In this document: in pieces, positions 21,362 to 30,629 of the stretch
Position numbering within the stretch: position 1 is the stretch's first letter
Layout of the letters: each line of letters opens with the position of its first letter
Assembly (NCBI GenBank): GCA_965197645.1
Contig: OZ240219.1
Span: 1,216,001-1,280,000 of the forward strand
Direction: 5' to 3'
Source of the DNA: Dehalococcoidia bacterium
GTDB lineage: Bacteria; Chloroflexota; Dehalococcoidia; Plut-88900
Length of the DNA stretch: 64,000 nucleotides
Made by a program: the position numbers and the translations under genes
The notes under the pieces: generated by a model
Told to the model about the DNA's origin: nothing
The model's database searches: none
What the model saw: the letters and a program-made list of their open reading frames with translations, nothing else

Positions 21362-21928
21362 CTACACCCGTTTTGCCCGGCGGGACTTGTCCTTGTGGAT
21401 CCGCTCGTCTTCCCAGAGCCGAGAGAATGCCAGGGCCCGGGGGCAGTGGCCGTAGGACTCTTCCACCTCTATCAGCAGGCCCTGGAGCACCTTGGAGTTG
21501 TCATCGGGGTTGTTGACCTCCAGGTGTATCGACAGCCGCTCCAGCTCCTCCTTGTTCACGATCTTGACGCGTCCGTTGACGCGGACCGTGTCCCGTATGC
21601 CCGGGATGAAGAAGATCAGCCCGACGTGAGGGTTGGCCGCGACGTTCTGATAGGATTGGAACAGATTGTTGCCGGCTACGTCCGGCAGCAGGAGGCGTCG
21701 GTCGTCCAGCACCTTGACGAAGCCGGGCTTACCCCCCTTGGGCGAGGCGTCGCAGTTGCCGCCGGTATCGCTGCTGGCCATTACCAGGAAGGGCGATTGG
21801 CGGATGAACTCCTTCAGATCGTCCTCTAGGTAGTCTTTCACCTTGAGGGCCGGGCGCTCCTTGGGGAAGCCGAACTCGCGGGTGAACCTGTTATCGAAGG
21901 TAGCCTCGATCTCCACGGCATCTACCAT
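21362..21928 (-). CDS. Pyridoxamine 5'-phosphate oxidase-like FMN-binding protein (MSMEG_1061-like)
   Basis: FIRQSPFLVMAS, CDASPKGGKPGFV, PDVAGNN, NPHVGLIFFIPG, HCPRAL..SRLW. Confidence 0.88.
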   Translation of the reverse strand: MVDAVEIEATFDNRFTREFGFPKERPALKVKDYLEDDLKEFIRQSPFLVMASSDTGGNCDASPKGGKPGFVKVLDDRRLLLPDVAGNNLFQSYQNVAANPHVGLIFFIPGIRDTVRVNGRVKIVNKEELERLSIHLEVNNPDDNSKVLQGLLIEVEESYGHCPRALAFSRLWEDERIHKDKSRRAKRV

Positions 21929-22040
21929 CTGCTGTTCCTTTCCAGTAGCTGATTAGTTGACTATACCACCCCGTCGGCGCCATTCCAAATCACGGCATCC
22001 GCCGGTTCGTCAAAGTCTTAGTAGGGTACCGTTAAACTCA

Positions 22041-22075
22041 TTCGCGACTATCCCCCTGGCTCCCTTCCTGACTGG
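22041..22075 (-). repeat. Dispersed repeat copy D, truncated in the middle of its hairpin
   Basis: TTCGCGACTATCCCCCTGGCTCCCTTCCTGACTGG matches the ends of copies C and E. Confidence 0.7.
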
Positions 22076-22140
22076 TGTACAGACCGGAGACATAGGTTAC
22101 ACCTATAGGCATGAAATCGAACCAGGAGGCGATCCATCTA
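22076..22140 (+). mobile_element. Orphan IS481-like left end (IR plus RBS, no transposase)
   Basis: TGTACAGACCGGAGACATAGGTTACAC resembles IS481-family 5'-TGT IRs (from memory); followed by AGGAGG. Confidence 0.5.
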
Positions 22141-22154
22141 GTCGACAACGGTCC

Positions 22155-22220
22155 TCCCTGGGGGCAGGTACCCCATACCCCCTGCCGAGGGGAAGTTTCC
22201 CTCTGGACTCCCTCAATACT
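22155..22220 (-). repeat. Variant palindromic repeat
   Basis: GGGGGCAGGTACCCCATACCCCCTGCC and CCCTCTGGACTCCCTC; reverse complement seen at ~34455. Confidence 0.6.
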
Positions 22221-22264
22221 AGGTTCCGAGACAGGCTTGAAATAACCGAACCCCCGGGATTCTC

Positions 22265-22651
22265 CTAGGAGTCCGGATCGAGGACTTCCAGGCCGGTCTC
22301 GGCGGCCCAGGCCTGTAGGCCGCGGCGGAAGGCAAGCATGCCCATGGGCATCACGACGCATTCCATCGCCTCCAACACCTCTTGGGGCGTGGCGCCGTGC
22401 TCGATGGCGAGGCGTATGTGTCCCCGTATCTGGTCCACCTCGGCCTTGAGGGCGGTCTCAACGGTGAGCTGGATCAGCTCCTTGGTCTTGCGGTCCAGCA
22501 GCCGATCATCGGTGTAGGTGGCCCGGACAAAGGGATCGTAGGCCTTTACCCAGTCCAGATCGGCTGTTATCAGGATCTTGTGCATATCCACCAGATAGCC
22601 CCGATTTTGTCGTATCCTTTCCATGTAGTCTCGTTTTTCCTGGGTTGTCAT
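22265..22651 (-). CDS. Carboxymuconolactone decarboxylase (CMD/AhpD-like) family protein
   Basis: LDRKTKELI, HIRLAIEHGATPQEVLEA; ATG 22651 with AAAGGAG RBS. Confidence 0.85.
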   Translation of the reverse strand: MTTQEKRDYMERIRQNRGYLVDMHKILITADLDWVKAYDPFVRATYTDDRLLDRKTKELIQLTVETALKAEVDQIRGHIRLAIEHGATPQEVLEAMECVVMPMGMLAFRRGLQAWAAETGLEVLDPDS

Positions 22652-22714
22652 TAGGCTCCTTTCGTTTCGGCGTACCATTGGATATTCTGTAAGTGTAAAG
22701 CCTGGGAGGTAAGA

Positions 22715-23077
22715 ATGCTTACGGTAAACAACAAGAACGTCGATAAGCGTGCAGTCAAGGTCATCGAGGGGCGGGACGTCGAAGGTAACGTGGGGCTGAA
22801 AGCGCTCATGAGCGGCGAGCATATGGTCCTGCTGGAGATACATTGCGAGGCGGGGTCCGGCACGCCGGTCCACACCCACAACCACGAGTCGCTTTGCTAC
22901 ATCGTGCGCGGCACAGCGCGGGCCACGGTGGGCGACCAGGTCAGCATCGTAGGTCCTGGCGACGTCTGCCGGCATCCGGAGGACGTACCCCACAGCATCG
23001 AGGCTATCGAGGACCTGGTTATAGTGGAGGTCAAGTCCCCCGCGCCCGATTTGAGTAAGTTCCTGGGTGTTGAGTAG
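22715..23077 (+). CDS. Cupin domain protein
   Basis: PVHTHNHE..YIVRG, GPGD...HPEDVPHS. Confidence 0.9.
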   Translation: MLTVNNKNVDKRAVKVIEGRDVEGNVGLKALMSGEHMVLLEIHCEAGSGTPVHTHNHESLCYIVRGTARATVGDQVSIVGPGDVCRHPEDVPHSIEAIEDLVIVEVKSPAPDLSKFLGVE

Positions 23078-23106
23078 AGGCCCGGCAGGCTGTGTGGTCC
23101 GGCCAA

Positions 23107-23214
23107 TCAACCGTCCTCGGTCACTCCGCAGTAGGGTAAACCGAGATCGTGGAAATTCCTGCTCGACACACCTCGCAGCTCATCGGGGATGCAGCCAGTT
23201 AACCGGTTTCCGCC
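23107..23214 (-). pseudogene. Out-of-frame second copy of the LRR C-terminal cap
   Basis: Reads GGNRLTGCIPDELRGVSSRNFHDLGLPYCGVTEDG* in a different frame, overlapping the LRR stop codon. Confidence 0.8.
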
Positions 23215-24728
23215 TCCGGCACCGATCTGTTAAGGCAGTAGGGTAGACCGAGAGTTTCAAGGTCGTTAGAGCGTACATCCCGCAGTTTATCGGGGATACA
23301 GCCGGTTAACTGGTTGCCAGAGAGGAACAACTCATACAGGTTGTCGAGGTTGCCCAGTTCTGCCGGAATCTCCCCGCTCAACTGGTTGCCAGAGAGGAAC
23401 AACTCATACAGGTTGGCGAGGCTGCCCAGTTCTGCCGGAATCTCCCCGCTCAACTGGTTATCTGAGAGGAACAACTCATACAGGTTGTCGAGGTTGCCCA
23501 ACTCCGGCGGTATCTCCCCGGTCAATTCGTTCTCGCTGAGGCTCAGTAGTTCCAAGTTAGCGAGGTTGCCCAGCTCCGGCGGTATCTCTCCGCTCAACTG
23601 GTTCGAGGAGAGGTGCAGCCATTGCAGGTTGGCGAGGTTGCCCAACTCGGCGGGTATTTCCCTAGCCAACTCGTTAAGCCTAAGATCCAGTACTCCCAGG
23701 TTGACGAGGTTGCCCAGCTCTGACGGGATCTCCCCGCTCAACTGGTTTGCCTTGATGTCCAGCCATTGCAGCTTGGTTAGGTTGCCCAACTCCGGCGGTA
23801 TCTCCCCGCCCAACTGATTTGCCTTGATGTCCAGTACTTGCAGCTTGGTTAGGTTGCCCAGCTCCGGCGGTATCTCCCCACTCAACTTGTTACCGAAAAG
23901 GGACAGCGTTGTCAGCTTGGTGAGCTTGCCCAGCTCGGGAGGTATTTCTCCGCTCAACCGATTATCGTTGAGGTCCAGCACCGTCAGGTTGGCGAGATTG
24001 CCTAGCTCCGGCGGTATCTTCCCACTCAGATAGCTACCGTAAAGGTACAGCCGTTTCAAGTTGGTGAGATTACCCAACTCCGGCGGTATCTCCTCGTTCA
24101 GCCAGGTTTGGGAGAGATTCAGCCCTCTCAGGTTGACGAGGTTGCCCAACTGGGGTGGTATCGCTCCCCTCAACCGGTTAGCGTTAAGGGACAGCACTGT
24201 CAGGTTGACGAGGCTGCCCAGCTCCGGTGGTATCTCCCCACTCAACTTGTTACCGCCGAGGTTAAGCTTTGTCAGGTTGGTGAGGTTACCCAGCTCCGGC
24301 GGTATCTCCCAGCCCAAATTGTTTTGATCGAGGTGCAATTCAACAACGCGGCCATTATCATCGGTGACGACTCCATACCAGTCATCGATCGGCGCGTCGC
24401 TCAGCCAGTTTGTCGTATTAGCCCAGTAATTGCCTAGCGTGGCATTGTAGAGGGCGATCAGTGTTTCCATGTCGGTTTCGGCCGAGGTTTGTAGCAGCAG
24501 GGGCGTAGCCGTGGCAGTAGGCGTTGGTGTTGGAGTGGGCGTCACATCCATGACTTCCGGCGAGGGCTGCGCAGGGGTGGGTGTAGCCGTGGCTGTGGGC
24601 ATGGGCGTCGAGGTGGGCGTGGTGTCTTCCACGGACGCCGGGCCGCCGCGGCAGGCGGCGAGAGCAGCGACGATGAGCACCGCTGCCAGGGCAACGGACC
24701 ACCTTAGACCCAGAAAGCGAGCCCTCAT
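23199..24728 (-). CDS. Leucine-rich repeat lipoprotein (about 15 plant-type 24-aa LRRs)
   Basis: Lipobox LAAC, P/T linker, N-cap LIALYNAT..W..NWLS..WYGV, repeats LxLxxNxLxGEIPPELGNL, C-cap LTGCIP..GLPYC. Confidence 0.95.
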   Translation of the reverse strand: MRARFLGLRWSVALAAVLIVAALAACRGGPASVEDTTPTSTPMPTATATPTPAQPSPEVMDVTPTPTPTPTATATPLLLQTSAETDMETLIALYNATLGNYWANTTNWLSDAPIDDWYGVVTDDNGRVVELHLDQNNLGWEIPPELGNLTNLTKLNLGGNKLSGEIPPELGSLVNLTVLSLNANRLRGAIPPQLGNLVNLRGLNLSQTWLNEEIPPELGNLTNLKRLYLYGSYLSGKIPPELGNLANLTVLDLNDNRLSGEIPPELGKLTKLTTLSLFGNKLSGEIPPELGNLTKLQVLDIKANQLGGEIPPELGNLTKLQWLDIKANQLSGEIPSELGNLVNLGVLDLRLNELAREIPAELGNLANLQWLHLSSNQLSGEIPPELGNLANLELLSLSENELTGEIPPELGNLDNLYELFLSDNQLSGEIPAELGSLANLYELFLSGNQLSGEIPAELGNLDNLYELFLSGNQLTGCIPDKLRDVRSNDLETLGLPYCLNRSVPEAETG

Positions 24729-24785
24729 TTCATCCTCCCGTGTTTCCCTCGGTTTCGGGATACCGCCAATCAGCCGGGCCCGACC

Positions 24786-26636
24786 CTACTCCTGCTCGCG
24801 CCGGCGAATGAGCCGCGTTGGCGTGTCCGCGATGTAGCCGGAGAGGTTCAACGCCGTGTGAATGAGTCCGATGTGCGAGTACGCCTGCGGGAAGTTGCCC
24901 AGTTGGCGGTTCGTTGAGGGATCGATCATCTCCGCGAACAGGCCGAGGTGGTTGGAACACCGGGTGATCGTCTCATGGAACAGGTCGAGGGCTTTGTCAG
25001 CCTGCCCCGTGTAGATAAAGTTGCCCAGCAGCCAGAAGCTCAGCAGAGTAAAAGCACCCTCCGGCTGCGCTCCTAGACCGTCGTCCGTCTCTTCCGGGTC
25101 GTAGCGCCACACCAGCGGTCCATCTGCCAGCTCCCGCTCGATGGCATCCAGGTTCTTCCGCACCCGCGGGTCCTCGGCGGGAATGAACCCGAAGAAGGGT
25201 ATGGCGAGGTTGGAGGCATCCAGGGCATCGCTGTTGTACCGCTGCCGGAACGCCTGTTTCGATTCGCTCCACCCGAGGTCGAGCGCCTCCGTCTTGATGA
25301 GGAAGGCCGTCTGCGCCCAGCGCCGGTAGTGCCTCCGCTGCTCCACCGCTGCTGCGATGTACGCAGCCGTGTCTAAAGCGGACCAGCACAGTACCTTCGA
25401 GTAGACGAAGTGCTGTGGCTCTCCCCGCACCTCCCAGACCCCTTGATCGCGGCGCTGCCAGTTCTCGATGACCATTTCCGCCAAGGTACAGACCAGGTCC
25501 CACGCCTCCTCCGGTATCTCGCCCTCCAGCACCAGCAGCGAGTGGATCGACGCGATGACTTCGCCGAACACGTCCAACTGCAGGTGCTCGGCGGCGGCGT
25601 TGCCGATGCGCACGGGCCGGGAATCTTCGTAGCCGCGCAGGTGATCGAGAATCTCCTCCTCAAGTGACGACGACTCCGTGATCCCGTACAAAATACGAGG
25701 GTGGCTGATGTGCAACCGGCACTGCTCTATCAGCCAGTGGATGTAGTGGTCTGCTCCGTACACATCTCCGAGCCGGTAAAGGACGTCGACGGTGAAGCTG
25801 GTGTCCCGCAGCCATGAGTAGCGATAGTCCCAGTTCCGGGACCCGCCCAGCGTCTCGGGCAGGCTTGTCGTCGGTGCAGCGACAATGGCCCCGGTGCCGC
25901 GGTACATCATCAGGTGCAAAACCAGGAATGATCGCACCACCTGCTCGCGCCACAGGCCGCTGTAATGCATCCCTGCTACGAGGCCCTGCCAGTATCTCCG
26001 CGTCAGTTCCAGCTTTTCCTGGGTGCGGTACTGCTCGAGACTTGCCGGTCTTCCGTTGCCGTACGCCATTACGAAGGTTGCCGACTCACCCTGCGATAGT
26101 GAGAATTCCCCGTTTACGCCATCGGCGCCAACCGACAGTGAGACGTTGCTCAGCAGCGTCATGCTCTGTTGGCCGCCATTAGTCTCGACCGCGATGCCGT
26201 CGACGTTGCGACGGCGCTGGCGAAACACGGGCATGGCGCGAGCGTAATCGTGCCGGGGCTCATATTCACAGCGCATTTCCACGCTGCCGGACGTACACGT
26301 GACGATGCGATGGAGCTCCGGAGGAAAAGCGGGGTTCGTGTCGGGCTTGCCATCCTTGTCGTTATCTTGAATGGGCATAAAGTCAACAACCTTCACAATG
26401 CCGCCGGGAGCAGTAAAGGTGGTCTCCAGTATGTTGGTGTTCTCAATGTAAACCTGGCGCGAGTCTGTGTACGCGCCGCTGGGCCGGATGCGAAACCGGC
26501 CGCCCATGTCCTTGTCGAGGATGGACGCGAAGACGCTGGGTGAGTCGAATCGAGGCAGACAGCACCAATCAACGGAGCCATCGGTACTGACCAGTGCCGC
26601 CGAGGACATGTCACCAATCAGCCCGTAGTTGTACAT
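24786..26636 (-). CDS. Glycoside hydrolase family 15 (trehalase/glucoamylase-like)
   Basis: YGLIGD..AALV..DGSVDWCCLPRFDS, AAPTTSLPE..GGSRNWDYRYSWLRD, QLDVFGE, GVWEVRG, GNFPQAYSH. Confidence 0.93.
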   Translation of the reverse strand: MYNYGLIGDMSSAALVSTDGSVDWCCLPRFDSPSVFASILDKDMGGRFRIRPSGAYTDSRQVYIENTNILETTFTAPGGIVKVVDFMPIQDNDKDGKPDTNPAFPPELHRIVTCTSGSVEMRCEYEPRHDYARAMPVFRQRRRNVDGIAVETNGGQQSMTLLSNVSLSVGADGVNGEFSLSQGESATFVMAYGNGRPASLEQYRTQEKLELTRRYWQGLVAGMHYSGLWREQVVRSFLVLHLMMYRGTGAIVAAPTTSLPETLGGSRNWDYRYSWLRDTSFTVDVLYRLGDVYGADHYIHWLIEQCRLHISHPRILYGITESSSLEEEILDHLRGYEDSRPVRIGNAAAEHLQLDVFGEVIASIHSLLVLEGEIPEEAWDLVCTLAEMVIENWQRRDQGVWEVRGEPQHFVYSKVLCWSALDTAAYIAAAVEQRRHYRRWAQTAFLIKTEALDLGWSESKQAFRQRYNSDALDASNLAIPFFGFIPAEDPRVRKNLDAIERELADGPLVWRYDPEETDDGLGAQPEGAFTLLSFWLLGNFIYTGQADKALDLFHETITRCSNHLGLFAEMIDPSTNRQLGNFPQAYSHIGLIHTALNLSGYIADTPTRLIRRREQE

Positions 26637-26908
26637 ATCGCCTCCTCGACGTTAGGGGTATGGCGGTTGAACTATTCTAGCATCCCATAGCCATGAGACC
26701 CAATCCGGGTTACTGGACTTTGTCTCCCAAATCGTGAGCACCGGCTGCACGGGCCCTCAGGGCGCGAACAGGTCCACGGTGCCCTCCGTGAGATATACTA
26801 CAGCCCGCTAACAGCAGGTTCACGGCTCAACTCGGCGCTCAATCTTCATGCCAATGACAACCTATTCGCAAGGTGTGGCTATGGATGCGGAAAGGAGGTC
26901 CTCTCTTA

Positions 26909-28555
26909 TTGGAACTCCATGAGTCCCTTTTTTCTATTGGCCTGCTAATCGTTTCGGCCAAGCTGTTTGAGGGCATATTCAAGCGCTTCGGTCTAAATGC
27001 CTTCATCGCGTATGCCGCTGCCGGTATCGTCGTCGGTCCGGCAACCGGGCTGGTGGAGTCGGGTACCGAAGTCGAAATCATTTTGGGCCTCGGCATATTC
27101 ATATTCTTCTTTCTCGTCGGCTTGGAGGAGCTGGACATAAGGGGATTCTTAGCAGCTGTCCGAGGCCGCCTCTTCCTTGCTTCCGTTATGTCCTTGACCA
27201 TATCGCTGTTGGTATCCCTGGCCGTTACCACCGAGATATTCTTTGATTTGGGTCTGAACCTCGGGTTTTCTTATGCCTTGGGACTAGCCGGAGTGTTATC
27301 GCTGTCCAGCCTTGGAGTGGTCGCCAAGGTGCTAATTGACGAGGGACGTATCAAGGAGCCAGTGGGCGTTCAAATCTTTACAGCCGTGATCATCGCAGAG
27401 TTGATCGCTTTGTTCGTAGTCGGGTTCGCCATAAGCGAGCACTTCTACTCAGAGGGGCACGGTCATACTTTGCACTGGCTGAGCGTACTGACACTCATAG
27501 GGCAGATATTCGGCTTCACCCTGATTACTTGGATAGTTTCGACCAAGGTCCTTCCCAAGGTGATAGTCCTGCTGCATCACTTCTTGCGAGTGCCACAGCT
27601 TTCCTTCGGTCTGCTTTTGGGAGGACTCTTCCTGGTGGTGGTAGGAGCCGAGCGCTCCGGGCTTCACGGTTCCCTGGGAGCGCTGATGTTCGGCGCTGCC
27701 CTGTCTTCGCTTCCATACCAGGTGCGGCGCGACATTATGCCGGGAATGAAAGGAGCGGCCGAAGGATTCTTCGTTCCACTGTTTTTCGCCTCGGCGGGCC
27801 TTCACCTGAGCTTGGACTTCCTGAAACTACAGCCTGAGACGATACTGGCCTTGACGCTGGTGCCTCTGGCCGGCAAGTTCATCGGAGCCTTTCTCAGCGC
27901 ATACGTCACCCGTCTCCATGCTCCCTTCGCCACCGCCACGGGGCTAATGGCCAAGGGTGTGGCCGAGATTGCGCTATTGCTTGTGCTGATCCACACCGGG
28001 GCCATTGACAGTGGTGTCTTCTCCTTGCTGGTGCTCGTCATGTTCGGTTACATCCTGCTGACGCCCATTGGCATAAGCTTCGCGCTAAAGAAACTCAAGC
28101 ACTCTGAAGATGTCACTCCTCAAGGGCAAATGCCGCCTTCGCTGGTCCGGTTTGCCTTGGACGACGTCAGAGTACGCGACATTCTAGACGTGTCTCGAAG
28201 CCATCCTGAACGATCACTGACGGTCAAAACTTTTGCGGAAAACTGGCTGCTGCCCGAACAGCATGACTACGTGGTCGTGGATCATGGCAAACTGGTGGGG
28301 ATAGTATCAATAGGCATGTTGCGCTACCTTCCTCGCAGCCAGTGGGGACACACTTCTCTTGACAAGGTGCTGCGACGGAATACACCGCACGTCTACTCGG
28401 ACGAGCTGGTGGAGGATGCCTTGCAACGCATGACGGAGAATGCACTAACGGTGGTACCGGTTGAAGAGAGGGAAACGGGGGAGTTCGTTGGCTCTATCTC
28501 CAGCCATGAAGTACTGGAGCTACTCGTTTCGACCGCAAAGGGGCACGAAGTTTAA
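26909..28555 (+). CDS. CPA2-type cation:proton antiporter with C-terminal CBS domains
   Basis: Many TM segments, GLEE, FFVPLFFASAGL, GKFIGA, CBS-like tail; TTG 26909 after AAAGGAGG. Confidence 0.88.
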   Translation: MELHESLFSIGLLIVSAKLFEGIFKRFGLNAFIAYAAAGIVVGPATGLVESGTEVEIILGLGIFIFFFLVGLEELDIRGFLAAVRGRLFLASVMSLTISLLVSLAVTTEIFFDLGLNLGFSYALGLAGVLSLSSLGVVAKVLIDEGRIKEPVGVQIFTAVIIAELIALFVVGFAISEHFYSEGHGHTLHWLSVLTLIGQIFGFTLITWIVSTKVLPKVIVLLHHFLRVPQLSFGLLLGGLFLVVVGAERSGLHGSLGALMFGAALSSLPYQVRRDIMPGMKGAAEGFFVPLFFASAGLHLSLDFLKLQPETILALTLVPLAGKFIGAFLSAYVTRLHAPFATATGLMAKGVAEIALLLVLIHTGAIDSGVFSLLVLVMFGYILLTPIGISFALKKLKHSEDVTPQGQMPPSLVRFALDDVRVRDILDVSRSHPERSLTVKTFAENWLLPEQHDYVVVDHGKLVGIVSIGMLRYLPRSQWGHTSLDKVLRRNTPHVYSDELVEDALQRMTENALTVVPVEERETGEFVGSISSHEVLELLVSTAKGHEV

Positions 28556-28644
28556 TCCACGGCTACCCCGGGTCTTCCAGTACTGCTACCATTGGCCGTT
28601 TGTGCATCGTTCTCTTAGTCTCGGCCAGGGAGACGGCACAGGCC

Positions 28645-29001
28645 TCAGTACATGATGAGATGTGTGGGAACCAGCCGCTGGGAGGTTGGGTCCACTGCCA
28701 GGGCCAGGCCCTCCAGGGTATACGCTCCCAGCAGCGGCGGGGCGTCGTCCTCTCCGAAGACCACGATGGTGACTACACTCTCGCCGTCTATCGTAGCCCA
28801 CGCCTGCCCGTAGTCCATCTCGACCCGCCGCCCATCGGCCAGCAGGAACGTACGCTTGCCCATCGGCTCAATTCCCAGCTCGTTCAGCAAGCTGGCAGGC
28901 AGCGTGGTGTAAGCGGCTCCGGTATCCACCGTCGCCTCTACGTCCCGGACCCGCTGGCCGTCCATGCTGGAAATCCGCACCGGCCACTCGAAAGTCCCCA
29001 T
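28645..29001 (-). CDS. Retroviral-like (clan AA) aspartyl protease
   Basis: VDTGAAYTTLP, LADGRR, LLGAYTLEGL.LAVDP. Confidence 0.9.
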   Translation of the reverse strand: MGTFEWPVRISSMDGQRVRDVEATVDTGAAYTTLPASLLNELGIEPMGKRTFLLADGRRVEMDYGQAWATIDGESVVTIVVFGEDDAPPLLGAYTLEGLALAVDPTSQRLVPTHLIMY

Positions 29002-29133
29002 GAAAGAAGCCTCACCACCGAAGTTTCTACCATCCCATTTTACTTCATCGAGAGCGCCCGATATAGGAGATTTCACCGCCGGTGACAGAGTTCAGCCGGA
29101 CCGAGTGGTTTTCTTGGGAATGGAGGAGAGCGC

Positions 29134-29207
29134 TGGCTGCCGAGCCAGGATTCGAACCTGGGCTATGGGATTCAAAGTCCCGTGTGCTACCACTACACCA
29201 CTCGGCA
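29134..29207 (-). tRNA. tRNA-Gln (TTG)
   Basis: TGCCGAGTGGTGTAGTGGTAGCACACGGGACTTTGAATCCCATAGCCCAGGTTCGAATCCTGGCTCGGCAGCCA; cloverleaf with encoded CCA. Confidence 0.97.
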
Positions 29208-29360
29208 CCAGTCTACACTACTAACGCCTTCCACCTCTCAAGTCAAGCCCTGCCGGTCGGGCGACCTCCTCGTATGGGGCGGTTCTCGTTATATCGGAAC
29301 CTGCTGCCTGCCAGGGTGGTACATGTTTGACACCACAGGGAGACCCTCGGCCGGAGTCCA

Positions 29361-29389
29361 TTGACGCCTATCGCGCCCGATGCTAGGAT
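29361..29389 (+). promoter_or_regulatory. Sigma70 promoter
   Basis: TTGACG-N17-TAGGAT with extended -10 TG. Confidence 0.6.
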
Positions 29390-29423
29390 TGTGCCCGCTC
29401 TACCGAGTCCAACGGAGATGTCC

Positions 29424-30629
29424 ATGCTTCCCCAAGCTCTGGAAGGGATCAGGGTACTAGACCTGACCCAGGGCGTTTCAGGTCCTTACTGCACCAAGCT
29501 GCTCGGCTGCTTTGGTGCCGAGGTGATAAAGATAGAAGACCCTTCCCAGGGAGACAGCTCCCGGAGGATGGGCCCCTTTTTTCAGCACCTGCCGGACCAG
29601 GAGACCAGCGCCACCTATCTCTATCTGAATACCAACAAGAAGAGCGTTACTCTCAACCTGAACACCCATTCCGGCGTGGAGACGCTGAAGAAGCTGCTCC
29701 CAGAAATCGACGTGGTGGTGGAGAACTCCCAGCCGGGCATCGTGGCTTCTATGGGGCTCGGATACCCCGTCATCCAGGCCATCAATCCATCGATTGTGAT
29801 GGCTTCCGTCACCTACTTCGGGCAGGACGGGCCGTATAGGGACTACAAAGGCAACTCGATGATCGGGTTTGCCGTTACCGGTCAGATGCACCAGACCGGC
29901 GAGCCGGACCGGGAGCCACTCAAAAGCGCGGGTTTCCAGCCCGAATACACCGCCGGCCTGCACGCCTACGATGCCATTCTGGCCGCCCTCTACTGGCGGG
30001 AGACCAGCGGCAAGGGCCAGTACATCGATGTGTCCGCCATGGAGGCCATGTCCTACTACCACGAGTTCTCCATTGTTACCTGGACCCACGTTCAGACCGA
30101 AAGCATCAGGGCCGGCAACAGGTATCCGGTCGGTGGGCACCCCCTCAATCTAATCCCCTGCAAAGACGGCTACGTATCCATGTCCTGTGTGACGCCGAGA
30201 CAGTCCGACAACCTGTTCGTCCTCATCGGAATGCCGGACCTGGCGGAAGACCCAAAATTCGCCACCGCCCCCGACCGCTGGGACAACTACCGGGAGTTCG
30301 ACGAGCTGATTGAGCCGTGGTTCATGGACCACGACATGGATGAGATAGTCGAGCTGGCACAGGAGCTGCGGATCCCCTGCACCTACGTGCCCACCTTCGG
30401 CAAGCTCCAAGACGATGTCCAACTCAGTGCTCGTGACTACTGGGTGGCCATCGAGCACCCGGCGGTCGGTACCTTACCCTATGCCGGCGCCCCCTTCAAA
30501 ATGTCCCAAACCCCCTGGCGGGCCACGAGGGCTCCGCTTCTGGGCGAGCACAACGAAGAGGTCTACGAGGGGTACCTGGGCCTGAGCCGCGAGGAGATGG
30601 TCCGGCTGAGGGAGAGAAATGTCATCTAG
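29424..30629 (+). CDS. Family III CoA-transferase, Glu at the catalytic position (BbsE-like)
   Basis: LEGIRVLDLT..SGPYC, NTNKKSVTL, FQPEYTAG, RAPLLGEHN. Confidence 0.92.
   Translation: MLPQALEGIRVLDLTQGVSGPYCTKLLGCFGAEVIKIEDPSQGDSSRRMGPFFQHLPDQETSATYLYLNTNKKSVTLNLNTHSGVETLKKLLPEIDVVVENSQPGIVASMGLGYPVIQAINPSIVMASVTYFGQDGPYRDYKGNSMIGFAVTGQMHQTGEPDREPLKSAGFQPEYTAGLHAYDAILAALYWRETSGKGQYIDVSAMEAMSYYHEFSIVTWTHVQTESIRAGNRYPVGGHPLNLIPCKDGYVSMSCVTPRQSDNLFVLIGMPDLAEDPKFATAPDRWDNYREFDELIEPWFMDHDMDEIVELAQELRIPCTYVPTFGKLQDDVQLSARDYWVAIEHPAVGTLPYAGAPFKMSQTPWRATRAPLLGEHNEEVYEGYLGLSREEMVRLRERNVI

Noticed and set aside
23107-23320. DGR template/variable repeat pair
   Set aside because: Differences are not adenine-specific (C/T synonymous changes) and there is no reverse transcriptase in the window.
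29080-29207. Integrative element or prophage at tRNA-Gln
   Set aside because: No integrase, phage genes or duplicated tRNA 3' end found by eye.
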